From: an uncultured Gammaproteobacteria bacterium
GTDB lineage: Bacteria > Myxococcota_A > UBA796 > JAJRTE01
DNA: 64,000 bases
Direction: 5' to 3'
Assembly: GCA_964418585.1 (NCBI GenBank)
Contig: CAYQMG010000137.1
Location: 13,327-77,326, forward strand
This document shows, one piece after another, positions 1-8,830 of this stretch (position 1 is its first letter; every line of letters starts with the position of its first letter). The position numbers and the translations under genes are program-made. Below the pieces are notes generated by a model, which saw only the letters and a list, made by a program, of their open reading frames with translations, was not told the origin of the DNA and did no database searches.

Positions 1-270
1 CACCCCGTCCCACGGCTCGGGTGACTGAGGCGGGCGCCATCGCCTTGGTCCCACCGGGGGCGCGGCATAGGGTACCCCCTTCCACACACATGTCCCCGTC
101 TCCAGATCCGCGTCTCCCTGCACGAGGCCGGCCGCGGTCTGGACCGGATCGATACACGGGGCGAGTTCCGCGGGGAGAGGCGCTTGCTCCTGGGCAGGCG
201 TTGAAGGGGCGGTCAAAAATGGGAGCAACAGGACGAGGAACCAGGTCGGAAGGCGTGACCGTGTACGCAT
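1..270 (-). CDS. Type-B carboxylesterase family protein, 5' part only (runs off the left edge)
   Basis: Not in the ORF track. Hand translation from ATG at 270 (GAGGAGG upstream) gives MRTRSRLPTWFLVLLLPFLTAPS...VQTAAGLVQG...WKGVPYAAPPVGPRRWRPPQSPEPWDGV: a signal peptide plus the conserved type-B carboxylesterase N-terminal motif G(I/V)PYAxPPVGxxRWxxP. Confidence 0.85.
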   Translation of the reverse strand, partial: MRTRSRLPTWFLVLLLPFLTAPSTPAQEQAPLPAELAPCIDPVQTAAGLVQGDADLETGTCVWKGVPYAAPPVGPRRWRPPQSPEPWDGV

Positions 271-457
271 CAAAGGTGGCCTCCTCGAGTCCATGACCGG
301 CCAAACAGACCCAACGAGGAATATACTTGTCCTGTGCCGGACTCGCAAGTCTGTCGCGCCGCCGGTCCGGTGTGATTGCTTTTGACCGCGCCCCTCCCCG
401 ATGGTACCCTGGCTCCCCTGGCTCCGGCCGGCAGGCCGGGAGACACGAGGCGCCTGG

Positions 458-1052
458 ATGAGATCGCTTCTGATTTCGTGCTGCCCATGTGTGGCAGGGT
501 GCATGGCGGCCTGCAGCGGTGGGGAGCCCGAACCGGTGGAAACGCCAAACCCGGAAGGCACGGCGCGGGTCACGGCAACCCCGGAACCGACACCTGGGCC
601 AGCGGGTCCTCCGGCGGTTACGGGACCCCCTGGATCGCCCCCTCCGGTGGGCTCCACGGAGACGCACCGGAGAATGCCACGTCCGGCCCGGACTGCCACC
701 TGTTCGCCATCGACGAACGCAGTGGTCGTATCTCGTGGTGTTCCGACAGGATGAACGCCCACGCCGTCACCTCCTCACCGGTCGTGGACGTGGACGGAAA
801 CATCTATCTTGGCGACAACCGGGCCATGGTGAGCTTCACGCCGCCTTCGACGCGCTCTCCAGCGCGGGGCTGGACTCGGAGCCGTTCGGTCAAGGCACCC
901 TCACGGTCGGAACGACCATCGCTGCGACCGGCCGTGTCCTCTTCGGTACGTTGACCCATGGCCTGGTGGTCTGTGAACCGACCTCGTCCCGGACGGTCCG
1001 CACCCGGGCGTCGAGCCATGCCTCCAATCGTCCAGCCAGGAGGAAGAATTGA
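458..1052 (+). pseudogene. Degraded PQQ/BamB-like beta-propeller lipoprotein gene (fragments in three frames)
   Basis: One frame gives a lipoprotein signal and Pro/Thr linker (MRSLLISCCPCVAGCMAACSGG...). A second gives propeller-like blades (CHLFAIDERSGRISWCS..VTSSPVVDVDGNIYLGD). A third gives a C-terminal blade (GTTIAATGRVLFGTLTHGLVV). Frame changes occur near 650 and 840. Confidence 0.6.
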
Positions 1053-1076
1053 CATCAAACGGGCGGGCCGTATACT
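1049..1076 (+). promoter_or_regulatory. sigma70-type promoter TTGACA-N16-TATACT
   Basis: TTGACA at 1049-1054 and TATACT at 1071-1076; the ATG at 1084 falls at the expected transcription start. Confidence 0.7.
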
Positions 1077-1083
1077 TGAGGGC

Positions 1084-1536
1084 ATGAATGATCGGCATGC
1101 CACATCCGATGGACCGGGCCTCCGTGCCTGGTGGATGCGCCTCGAGAAACTGTTCCCGCACACGGCCGGAATCGGGCCGAGGGCGGGCGGGGCGGCGTGG
1201 CGTGGCGGAAGCGGCCGGCGGTTCATCATGCTGGTGGTCGCCGCAGCGGTCCTTCTGGTCGCGTTCGGCCACGTGGCCGGAGCCTGGGCGTTCCAGCCTG
1301 GAAACGCGCCGATCTGTTGCACCTCACAGGCGCCTCTACCCGGAGGCGCCGAGCCCGGCTTGCCCGGTGACGCCGGCTGCGCTTGCTGCTGCACCGTGTG
1401 TGGTACCATGCTGGAACCCCCGGTGTCCCGCCCCGAAGGTCCGCCCCAACTGCTCGATGCCGGCCTCGTAGACCTGTCCGAATCCATCTACCTGGACGAC
1501 GTGGTTCAGTCCATCTTCCATCCTCCACGGTTCTGA
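1084..1536 (+). CDS. Cys-rich small exported/membrane protein (CzcI/DUF2946-like) upstream of the metal efflux genes
   Basis: Hydrophobic segment (FIMLVVAAAVLLVAFGHVAGAWA), Cys clusters (ICCTS, GCACCCTVC), C-terminal IFHPPRF, and position before czcBA-like genes. Confidence 0.6.
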   Translation: MNDRHATSDGPGLRAWWMRLEKLFPHTAGIGPRAGGAAWRGGSGRRFIMLVVAAAVLLVAFGHVAGAWAFQPGNAPICCTSQAPLPGGAEPGLPGDAGCACCCTVCGTMLEPPVSRPEGPPQLLDAGLVDLSESIYLDDVVQSIFHPPRF

Positions 1537-1713
1537 CTCCTCACCATCGTTTCGGTCCTCGGGTCCTTCCGCCAGGCGGAAGGGCGGAGCAGGTCGTCGT
1601 GTCGCCCGAGCAGGCGTGTGGAACGTGATTGAAGCGCGTTGCAACGGGCGACCAGGATAGGAGCGCGGGCGCAAGGGTCCGTCCAGTATTAAACAGCTTG
1701 GAGAGACACAGAA

Positions 1714-3189
1714 ATGATTAGTTATAAACGTCGTGGGTGGTCCGGGGGCCGAACCCTGGTTTGGGTGGTGTGGCTCGTGTGGGCCGCTCCGGCCGGGTGC
1801 GGTCCGCAGGAGCGTGCGCTCCAGGTGGCCGATCGCGAGGGAGTGGGAGAGCGCGTCGAGGCCTCGAGTGGAGAGGTTGTCAGGAGCGGAGCAAGGGAGC
1901 GGGGATCCGAGGCGAGTGGGTCCGGCGGAGAGCATGAAGGGGAGGGCGGGGCGGGCCATGAGTCGGAATCGGGTCACGAATCGGGTCACGACCATGGGTC
2001 GGGGCACGGGTCGGAGGAGGCGTCGGATCTCGATCTCTCGGTGGACGCGCTGTTCGAGCTCGAGTGTGAGCACGGGTTGAAGACACATGAATGTGAGGAG
2101 TGTCGGTACGAGGTGGGCGTGGTGAAGGCGCCGCCGGAATTGTTCGAGCGTGGTCTGTTGAGTTCTGTTGTCCCCTCGAAGCGGCCGGTGGTGGTACCGC
2201 TGCGGGTGACCGGCGAGGTGCAGTTCGATGAGCGGCGGGTGATCCACGTGAGCACGCAGGCGGAGGGGATAGTGAGGCGCGTGCGTGTGACGTTGGGCGA
2301 CCGAGTGGAGAAGGGTCAACCCATGGTGGAGCTGGATTCGGTGCGCGTGGGAGATGCCGAGGCGGCCTACCTGGAGGCGCGGAGCATGCTGGAATTGGCG
2401 CGGCGGAATCTTTTGCGTGTCAAGGCGCTACGAGAGGAAGGGATTGCGTCTGAGAAGGAGTTCCTGGTGGCGGAACAGGCCGAGCAGGCGGCGAGGATTC
2501 GAGTCGACGCCGCCCTGGGGCGTCTGGTGCGACTGGGCATGCCGGAGGCGGAAGCCCGTGCGTTGACGCAGGCCAACGCAACCGGGCGGTTGGTGCTTCG
2601 GGCGCCCATGGGCGGGACTGTGCTGAGGCTTCACGCGGTTCCCGGGGAGATTGCCCAGCCCAACGAATCCCTGGCCACGGTTGGCAACAGTGAGACGGTT
2701 TGGGTGTGGGCGGACCTGTACCAGCGGGATCTGGCGCGTGTGGTGCGGGCCCAGGCGAGTGCGCCGATCGAGGCGCGGGTGATGGCGCGCGCCTATCCCG
2801 GGGAGCAGTTCCGGGGAGTGGTGGATTTCATTTCACCGGCCATGGACGAGGCGTCTCGGACCGCCCGGGTCCGGGTGAACGTACCGAATCCGGACGGGCG
2901 TTTGTTGGCCGGCATGTTCGTGGATGTGGACCTGTTCGTGCAGGATGACCGGGAGGCGATCGTGGTGCCCGAGGACGCGGTGTTGCAGGACGAGGGGCGG
3001 GAGTTCGTATTCGTGCACCACCGTGGGGCCTACTACGTGCGGCGGCCGGTCACGGTGGGTGCGGTGGTGGGAGACCTGGTGGAGATCACTCGAGGACTGG
3101 ACGGGACCGAGCGGGTGGTGGCCAACGGGGCGTTTCTCATGAAATCGGACGTGCTGCGCTCGAAGATGGGCGCGGGTTGCGCGGACTGA
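1714..3189 (+). CDS. czcB: Heavy-metal RND efflux periplasmic adaptor (CzcB/CusB family) with His-rich N-terminus
   Basis: Lipobox-like PAGC; membrane-fusion-protein motifs (LGDRVEKGQPMVELDS, LRAPMGGTV, ISPAMDEASRTARVRV, LLAGMFV); His/Glu-rich tract and CEH...HECEEC motif. Confidence 0.88.
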   Translation: MISYKRRGWSGGRTLVWVVWLVWAAPAGCGPQERALQVADREGVGERVEASSGEVVRSGARERGSEASGSGGEHEGEGGAGHESESGHESGHDHGSGHGSEEASDLDLSVDALFELECEHGLKTHECEECRYEVGVVKAPPELFERGLLSSVVPSKRPVVVPLRVTGEVQFDERRVIHVSTQAEGIVRRVRVTLGDRVEKGQPMVELDSVRVGDAEAAYLEARSMLELARRNLLRVKALREEGIASEKEFLVAEQAEQAARIRVDAALGRLVRLGMPEAEARALTQANATGRLVLRAPMGGTVLRLHAVPGEIAQPNESLATVGNSETVWVWADLYQRDLARVVRAQASAPIEARVMARAYPGEQFRGVVDFISPAMDEASRTARVRVNVPNPDGRLLAGMFVDVDLFVQDDREAIVVPEDAVLQDEGREFVFVHHRGAYYVRRPVTVGAVVGDLVEITRGLDGTERVVANGAFLMKSDVLRSKMGAGCAD

Positions 3190-3203
3190 GAGGGGAGGGG
3201 AAT

Positions 3204-6200
3204 GTGTTTGCCTTGCTTGAATTCCTGTTGCGTCGCCGGATGTTGCTGGGAATCGGAACCATCATACTCGTGGTGGCCGGTGCGATTTCCTGGATGCGGC
3301 TTCCGATCGATGCGTTTCCAGACGTCACCAATCAGCAAGTAATGATCCTGACCGAGGCCGAAGGACTCGGGCCTCTCGACGTGGAGCAGCAACTTACCTT
3401 CCCGGTCGAATGGGTGATGGGGGGACTGCCCAACGTCAAGATGGTGCGTTCTCTGTCCAAGACCGGGCTTTCCCAGGTGGTGGTCATTTTCGAGGACGAT
3501 GTGGATACCTACTTTGCCCGGCAACTCGTGTTCGAGCGCCTTCAGTTGGCCAAGGAGCAGTTGCCGGAGGGAGTGGAGCCCGAAATGGGTCCGATCAGCA
3601 CCGGGTTGGGGGAGATTTTCCAGTACACTTTGACCAGCGACCGGCACAGTCTGACCGAGTTGCGGACCTTGCAAGACTGGATGGTGGCTCCCCGACTTCG
3701 CATGCTACCAGGTGTCAACGAAGTGAACAGCATGGGAGGATTCGTTCGGCTCATTCAGGTGCGCGTAAGCCCGGAGCGGCTTCTGGAATACGGATTGACC
3801 CTCCCGGAAATCGTGGACTCGGTGGCCCGCAACAACGCCAACGCAGGCGGCAGTTTCATCACTCGAGGCTGGGAGCAGGAAAACGTGCGGAGCGTCGGCC
3901 TGTTTTCGACCATGGACGACATTCGCGACGTGGTGGTTCGAGCCGAAGATGGAACGCCGGTCTACCTGTCCGAGGTTGCCGACGTGGTCGAGAGTTCGAT
4001 GGCCCGGATGGGTGCGGTGACCCGCGATGGGCAAGGGGAAGCGGTGGCCGGGATGGTCATCATGCTCAAGGGCGAGAACTCCAAGGAGGTGGTGGAGCGG
4101 GTCAAGGCGGCTCTTCCATCCATTCAGAAAGCGTTGCCGGAAGGAGTCCAGATCGATGTCTACTATGACCGGACCGATCTGATTGAGGCCGTCATCGGCA
4201 CGGTCACCGGTGCGTTGCTCCAGGGCGGCATCTTCGTGGTCCTCGTCCTGTTCTTGCTCATCGGCAACCTACGTTCCGCCCTGGTCGTGGCGACCAGCCT
4301 GCCACTGACCGCGCTCGCCGCCTTCATCGCCATGGACGGTGCCGCGGTAACCGCCAACCTGATGAGCCTCGGGGGACTGGCCATCGCCATCGGAATGGTC
4401 GTGGACGGCTCAATTGTGGTGACCGAGAACGTGGTGCGTCACCTCAAGGAGAACCGGAACCGACCCTTGCTCGAGGTCGTGATCGGGGCCACTCGGGAGG
4501 TGGCCCGCCCGGTGCTTTTCTCCATTCTCATCATCGTGCTCGTCTTCGTGCCGCTGCTCACCCTGGGCGGCATGGAGGGCAAGATGTTTGCACCGCTGGC
4601 CAAGACCATGGTGTTCGCCATGCTCGGCTCCCTCCTGGTGGCCTTGACCATCGTGCCCATGATCCTCACCTTCTTGATGGGCAAAGGGGTGGGGACCCGG
4701 GAACCCAGGGCGTTCCTCTGGCTCCAGCGACTCTATCTGCGCGGCCTCCGAAAGGTGGTCGCCCGGCCCGGCATCACCGCAGCCGTCGCCGCCTTGCTCC
4801 TGGTTGGCACCATTGCCGCCATTCCACTGCTCGGGACCGAGTTCCTGCCACAACTCGACGAGGGCGCCATCGCCATCAACGCCGTGCGCCTCCCCAATGC
4901 ATCGGTGGAAGGTTCCCTGGAGGTCAGTTCGTTCATCGAAAAGGAATTGCTCTCCTTCCCCGAGGTGCAGACTGTGGTCAGCAAGACCGGACGGGCCGAA
5001 ATCTCCGAGGACCCGATGGGACCGGAGCAGAACGACATCCTCGTCATGCTTCATCCAGAGTCGGAATGGACCACCGGGCGAACCAAGGAAGACCTGGTCG
5101 CGGCCATGCAGGACCGCCTCGCCAGCATCCCGGGACTCCGGTTGTCTTTCAGTCAGCCCATTGCGCTCCGGGTCAACGAACTCATCTCAGGCGTGAAAAG
5201 CGACCTGGCGGTCAAGATCTTCGGCGAAGACCTGGATGTGCTCAAGAAAAACGCCGACCGTATCGCCGCTGTCCTCGGTGGCATCGAGGGCGCCGAAGAC
5301 ATCCGGGTGGAGCAAGTCACCGGGTTCACCCAACTCGACATCGTCCCGGACCGGCGGGCCATGGCCCGGTACAGACTCAACATGGCCGACATCAATGACG
5401 TGGTGGAGACCGCGGTGGGTGGAAAGATCGCCACCACCTTCATTGATGGCCAGATGAGATTCGGCGTCCAGGTTCGTTTCCCCGAAGACGCCCGCCGGGA
5501 CATCGCCACACTGGAACGTATCCTGCTCCCCACCCCTTCCGGCGCACGTGTACCCCTCGGCGAGGTGGCCTCGATCGTGCGCGTCGAGGGACCTGCGCAG
5601 GTGAGCCGGGAGAACAACATGCGGCGGGTGGTCGTGGAGGCGAACATTCGCGGACGGGATCTGGGCGGATTCGTCGCCGAGGCACAGGAAAAGTTGGCGG
5701 ACATCACCGAGGCTCTGCCCCCCGGCTACTGGATCGAGTATGGCGGCACATTCGAAAATCAGCAGCGGGCCATGGCCCGGCTCGCCGTGGTCGTCCCCCT
5801 CTCCGTCATGCTCGTCTTCTTCATGCTCGTCTCCGCCCTCGGCTCCTTGAAAACCGCTGGCCTCGTGCTCGTCAACCTCCCCTTCGCACTCGTCGGCGGA
5901 ATCGCATCCATGCTGCTCCTCGGTATCACCCTCAACGTCCCCTCCACCGTCGGATTCATCGCCCTGTTCGGCGTCGCCGTCCAGAATGGAACCGTGCTGG
6001 TCACCTTCATCAACCAGCTCCGCCAAAGGGGACGTTCGGTGGACAACGCCGTGATCGAGGCGTGTGGACTCCGCTTCCGCGCACTCCTCATGACCGCCGC
6101 CACCACCGTGCTCGGACTCCTCCCCATGGTCTACGCCGTCGGCCCCGGCGCCGAAGTCCAGAGACCCCTCGCCGTCGTGGTCATCGGAGGCCTGTTCACC

Positions 6201-6290
6201 GCCACCACCCTCACCCTCTTCGTCCTGCCGTCCTTCTACCGATGGATCGCTCCGGACCTCCCACAGATCCCGGCGGCAACCCGGTCCTGA
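3204..6290 (+). CDS. czcA: Heavy-metal efflux RND permease (CzcA/CusA family)
   Basis: About 1028 aa; LPIDAFPDVTN, GPISTGLGEI, AIGMVVDGSIVVTEN, PFALVGG, GAEVQRPLAVVVIGGL. GTG at 3204 follows a GGAGG RBS. Confidence 0.93.
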   Translation: MFALLEFLLRRRMLLGIGTIILVVAGAISWMRLPIDAFPDVTNQQVMILTEAEGLGPLDVEQQLTFPVEWVMGGLPNVKMVRSLSKTGLSQVVVIFEDDVDTYFARQLVFERLQLAKEQLPEGVEPEMGPISTGLGEIFQYTLTSDRHSLTELRTLQDWMVAPRLRMLPGVNEVNSMGGFVRLIQVRVSPERLLEYGLTLPEIVDSVARNNANAGGSFITRGWEQENVRSVGLFSTMDDIRDVVVRAEDGTPVYLSEVADVVESSMARMGAVTRDGQGEAVAGMVIMLKGENSKEVVERVKAALPSIQKALPEGVQIDVYYDRTDLIEAVIGTVTGALLQGGIFVVLVLFLLIGNLRSALVVATSLPLTALAAFIAMDGAAVTANLMSLGGLAIAIGMVVDGSIVVTENVVRHLKENRNRPLLEVVIGATREVARPVLFSILIIVLVFVPLLTLGGMEGKMFAPLAKTMVFAMLGSLLVALTIVPMILTFLMGKGVGTREPRAFLWLQRLYLRGLRKVVARPGITAAVAALLLVGTIAAIPLLGTEFLPQLDEGAIAINAVRLPNASVEGSLEVSSFIEKELLSFPEVQTVVSKTGRAEISEDPMGPEQNDILVMLHPESEWTTGRTKEDLVAAMQDRLASIPGLRLSFSQPIALRVNELISGVKSDLAVKIFGEDLDVLKKNADRIAAVLGGIEGAEDIRVEQVTGFTQLDIVPDRRAMARYRLNMADINDVVETAVGGKIATTFIDGQMRFGVQVRFPEDARRDIATLERILLPTPSGARVPLGEVASIVRVEGPAQVSRENNMRRVVVEANIRGRDLGGFVAEAQEKLADITEALPPGYWIEYGGTFENQQRAMARLAVVVPLSVMLVFFMLVSALGSLKTAGLVLVNLPFALVGGIASMLLLGITLNVPSTVGFIALFGVAVQNGTVLVTFINQLRQRGRSVDNAVIEACGLRFRALLMTAATTVLGLLPMVYAVGPGAEVQRPLAVVVIGGLFTATTLTLFVLPSFYRWIAPDLPQIPAATRS

Positions 6291-6551
6291 CCCGCAACAC
6301 AGGCCGTGCCGCAATACGCCACCCTTCACCTCCAGTCCTTCGGGGCGGGGTGAGAACCTTGCATCTCCTTGCCCGGCATCGGATATTCCATTCGGCCCTT
6401 GCGCATGGCAGATAAAGATGCTAAAGATCGAGAGGATTTGTCGAGCTTTCTCGAAAAATCACTGGTCCGCGTTCCCCCGGTCGCCGCGCACGCCCTTTCC
6501 CACGACACGACACCGGTCGAATGCCACCAGCGCAACCCAGCGTGGCATCTG

Positions 6552-7976
6552 ATGAAAACCCCTGTTAGCCTGTTCATGCCGGCCATGTTCGTTCCGTTGC
6601 TGGTCTGCACTGCGGCCTCGAGGCGCCTGGAGGGCGCCGAGGGGGCGAGTGAGGGGGAGCATGGGGTCACCTGGGCCACGGTTCAGGGGTCCTACCGTGT
6701 GAGGGCGGCGGTCGGGGGTGTCGAAGACGAAGGGGGGGATGGGGCATATCTACCGGCCGAGGCGGTGCCGGAACGCGATCATGATGTTCGGTTGCTGGCC
6801 GACGGAGGTTACACCGGGCCGGGTGAGCGCTTTACGTTCACGGCGTCTGTGGGGATCTGGTACGACGTGGACGGTGTGACTCCGGGTGCAGTGGCGACCT
6901 TTGCCTCCCTGTACGACACTCCGCAACCGTGGGCGAACGTGCTGTCACTCGTTGCCGGGTACCGTTTTGCGGGTCGGGCGGGCGAGGTTTGGGGCGGACG
7001 GCTGACCACGCCGATGGGGCTTCCAGGTACGTTCGATGGCGCGTCTGTTTCGGTGGCGCCTGGGTCTGGTCGGGTGAGGTTCGTGGCTTTTGGAGGGCGG
7101 AGCGTTCACTTTTTCGAGATGGACGCAGGATTGTTCGAGGACTGGCTGGGTTCGTTGGGAGCGGTCGTGGACCTGGGGGAGCGGGCGAGGCTGGAAATCG
7201 ACTACCGGTATACGCGGGAGGACGTTTCGTCGAGCGTGGACGATCGGGCGACGGTGGTCGATCATACGTACGGAGTCCAGCTTTTCGGGCGGTGTGGGCG
7301 GGGGGTGATGGGGCGGGTCTTTGTCCGGGGGCTCGGGGGGGCCGTGTCTCACGCCGGGGGGCGCGGCCGACTCGTGGCCTCGAGTGGCTTTTTGGGGGTG
7401 GACCTGTCCTTGGCGGCCCAGTTGGTGGCGCTCGACGAGGTCAATGAGCAACTGGATCCCTACTATGCGGTGCTGGGCCGGAGCAACCCGAACATTCGTT
7501 GGGCCATGGATGCCTGGCGCCGGGAGGATACGGGGAAAGGGGTCGTCGCGCTGCACGCCGGATGGAGTGGACGACGTCTGCTGTCCGGGGAAGAAGGGCC
7601 GTTCAACCGCAATCTGTCGCGGTTTTACCTGCTTGGAGACGGTGCAGACCTGTTTGGAAAAGGGGTGGGCCTCGGCGCGTCGTTGGCGCGACACCAGGCG
7701 GGGCGGTCGGACGCGGGCACAGAACAAGGGGTGACCACGGTGGGAGGGTGGCTGTCCTGGGCACGGTCGGGATGGCATGTTGAGGCCGGAAGCGATTACC
7801 AGTCGTTCAAGTACGACTATTTTCAGGACATCCAGGAACAGGAATCCGTCCGCACCTGGTTTCTCCGGCTTGGCTGGGACCCGCTTCCAGGGCTGCGGGT
7901 GAGTGCGCGCTACACGTTCGAACGGTCGGACCGGGATTATCATACGCTGTTCCTTGCCCTGACCAGACGTTTCTGA
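6552..7976 (+). CDS. Outer-membrane beta-barrel, probable porin of a porin-cytochrome complex
   Basis: Signal peptide, alternating aromatic/hydrophobic beta-strand pattern, C-terminal LFLALTRRF ending in Phe, directly upstream of multiheme cytochromes. Start codon uncertain. Confidence 0.7.
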   Translation: MKTPVSLFMPAMFVPLLVCTAASRRLEGAEGASEGEHGVTWATVQGSYRVRAAVGGVEDEGGDGAYLPAEAVPERDHDVRLLADGGYTGPGERFTFTASVGIWYDVDGVTPGAVATFASLYDTPQPWANVLSLVAGYRFAGRAGEVWGGRLTTPMGLPGTFDGASVSVAPGSGRVRFVAFGGRSVHFFEMDAGLFEDWLGSLGAVVDLGERARLEIDYRYTREDVSSSVDDRATVVDHTYGVQLFGRCGRGVMGRVFVRGLGGAVSHAGGRGRLVASSGFLGVDLSLAAQLVALDEVNEQLDPYYAVLGRSNPNIRWAMDAWRREDTGKGVVALHAGWSGRRLLSGEEGPFNRNLSRFYLLGDGADLFGKGVGLGASLARHQAGRSDAGTEQGVTTVGGWLSWARSGWHVEAGSDYQSFKYDYFQDIQEQESVRTWFLRLGWDPLPGLRVSARYTFERSDRDYHTLFLALTRRF

Positions 7977-7988
7977 CTGGAGGATCTC

Positions 7989-8819
7989 ATGCAACCATCC
8001 CCCTTGCGTGTGTTCGCCTTTCTTTTGACCGCCTTGCTGGTGATCGCCGTGGCGGTTCAGGCGGAAGAGCCCGAGGGTGGGGTTGTGTTTCATCACCGGG
8101 TGCACCTGGACGAGGGACTCGAGTGTCAGGACTGTCATGATGTCAGCCGGAATCGACCGGTGCTGGACCGGGAGATATGCACCGACTGTCACGACGAGAC
8201 GCCGACGGGTTTCCGACTGCCGCTCCGGGCGTTGAGGCTTCCGTTTCAGTTCTTGCACGTGAAGCACTCGAGGCGGTTTGATTGCCGGACGTGCCATCAG
8301 GGCACGGTGGCGGAGCAGCAGGCGGCAGGGCGGGTGATGGTGGAGTATGGTGCCTGCATGGCATGCCACCGGGCACGGGGGGCGCCGGTGGTGGGGACAC
8401 GTTGCGTGCAATGTCACGGGGAGGACCGCGCTCGAGTGCGGCCTGGTGATCACCGTGCAGGATGGCTGGAACAGCACGGGAAAGAGAGTCGGTGGCGGTC
8501 GGTGAAGGCGCACGGAAAAACGTGTGGTCAGTGTCACCGAACCGACACCTGCCGTTCTTGTCACCGGACGCGGCGTCCGGCGAGTCACACCGCGTTGTGG
8601 CGGAATCGTCTTCATGGGCTTGAAGCCGGGTGGGATCGTGATGGGTGCAAGACCTGTCACGAGACGGGCACGTGCGTGCAGTGCCACCGTACGACGCGGC
8701 CGCAAAACCACGCGGGGTCGTGGTTGTCTGTGCATCCGTTGGTGGCCGGTAGTGTTGGCAACGAAACCTGTCGAGTCTGTCACACCCCCGGTTTTTGCAC
8801 CGGGTGCCACGAGGGGTGA
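7989..8819 (+). CDS. Periplasmic multiheme cytochrome c (11 CxxCH), cytochrome c3-like N-terminus
   Basis: Signal peptide; 11 CxxCH counted (CQDCH, CTDCH, CRTCH, CMACH, CVQCH, CGQCH, CRSCH, CKTCH, CVQCH, CRVCH, CTGCH); VFHHRVH and FLHVKH c3-type distal-His motifs. Confidence 0.93.
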   Translation: MQPSPLRVFAFLLTALLVIAVAVQAEEPEGGVVFHHRVHLDEGLECQDCHDVSRNRPVLDREICTDCHDETPTGFRLPLRALRLPFQFLHVKHSRRFDCRTCHQGTVAEQQAAGRVMVEYGACMACHRARGAPVVGTRCVQCHGEDRARVRPGDHRAGWLEQHGKESRWRSVKAHGKTCGQCHRTDTCRSCHRTRRPASHTALWRNRLHGLEAGWDRDGCKTCHETGTCVQCHRTTRPQNHAGSWLSVHPLVAGSVGNETCRVCHTPGFCTGCHEG

Positions 8820-8830
8820 AGAGGATGTGC

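Noticed and set aside
6406-6421. sigma54-like site TGGCAGATAAAGATGC upstream of the porin operon
   Set aside because: GG-to-GC spacing is 11 nt rather than the strict 10.
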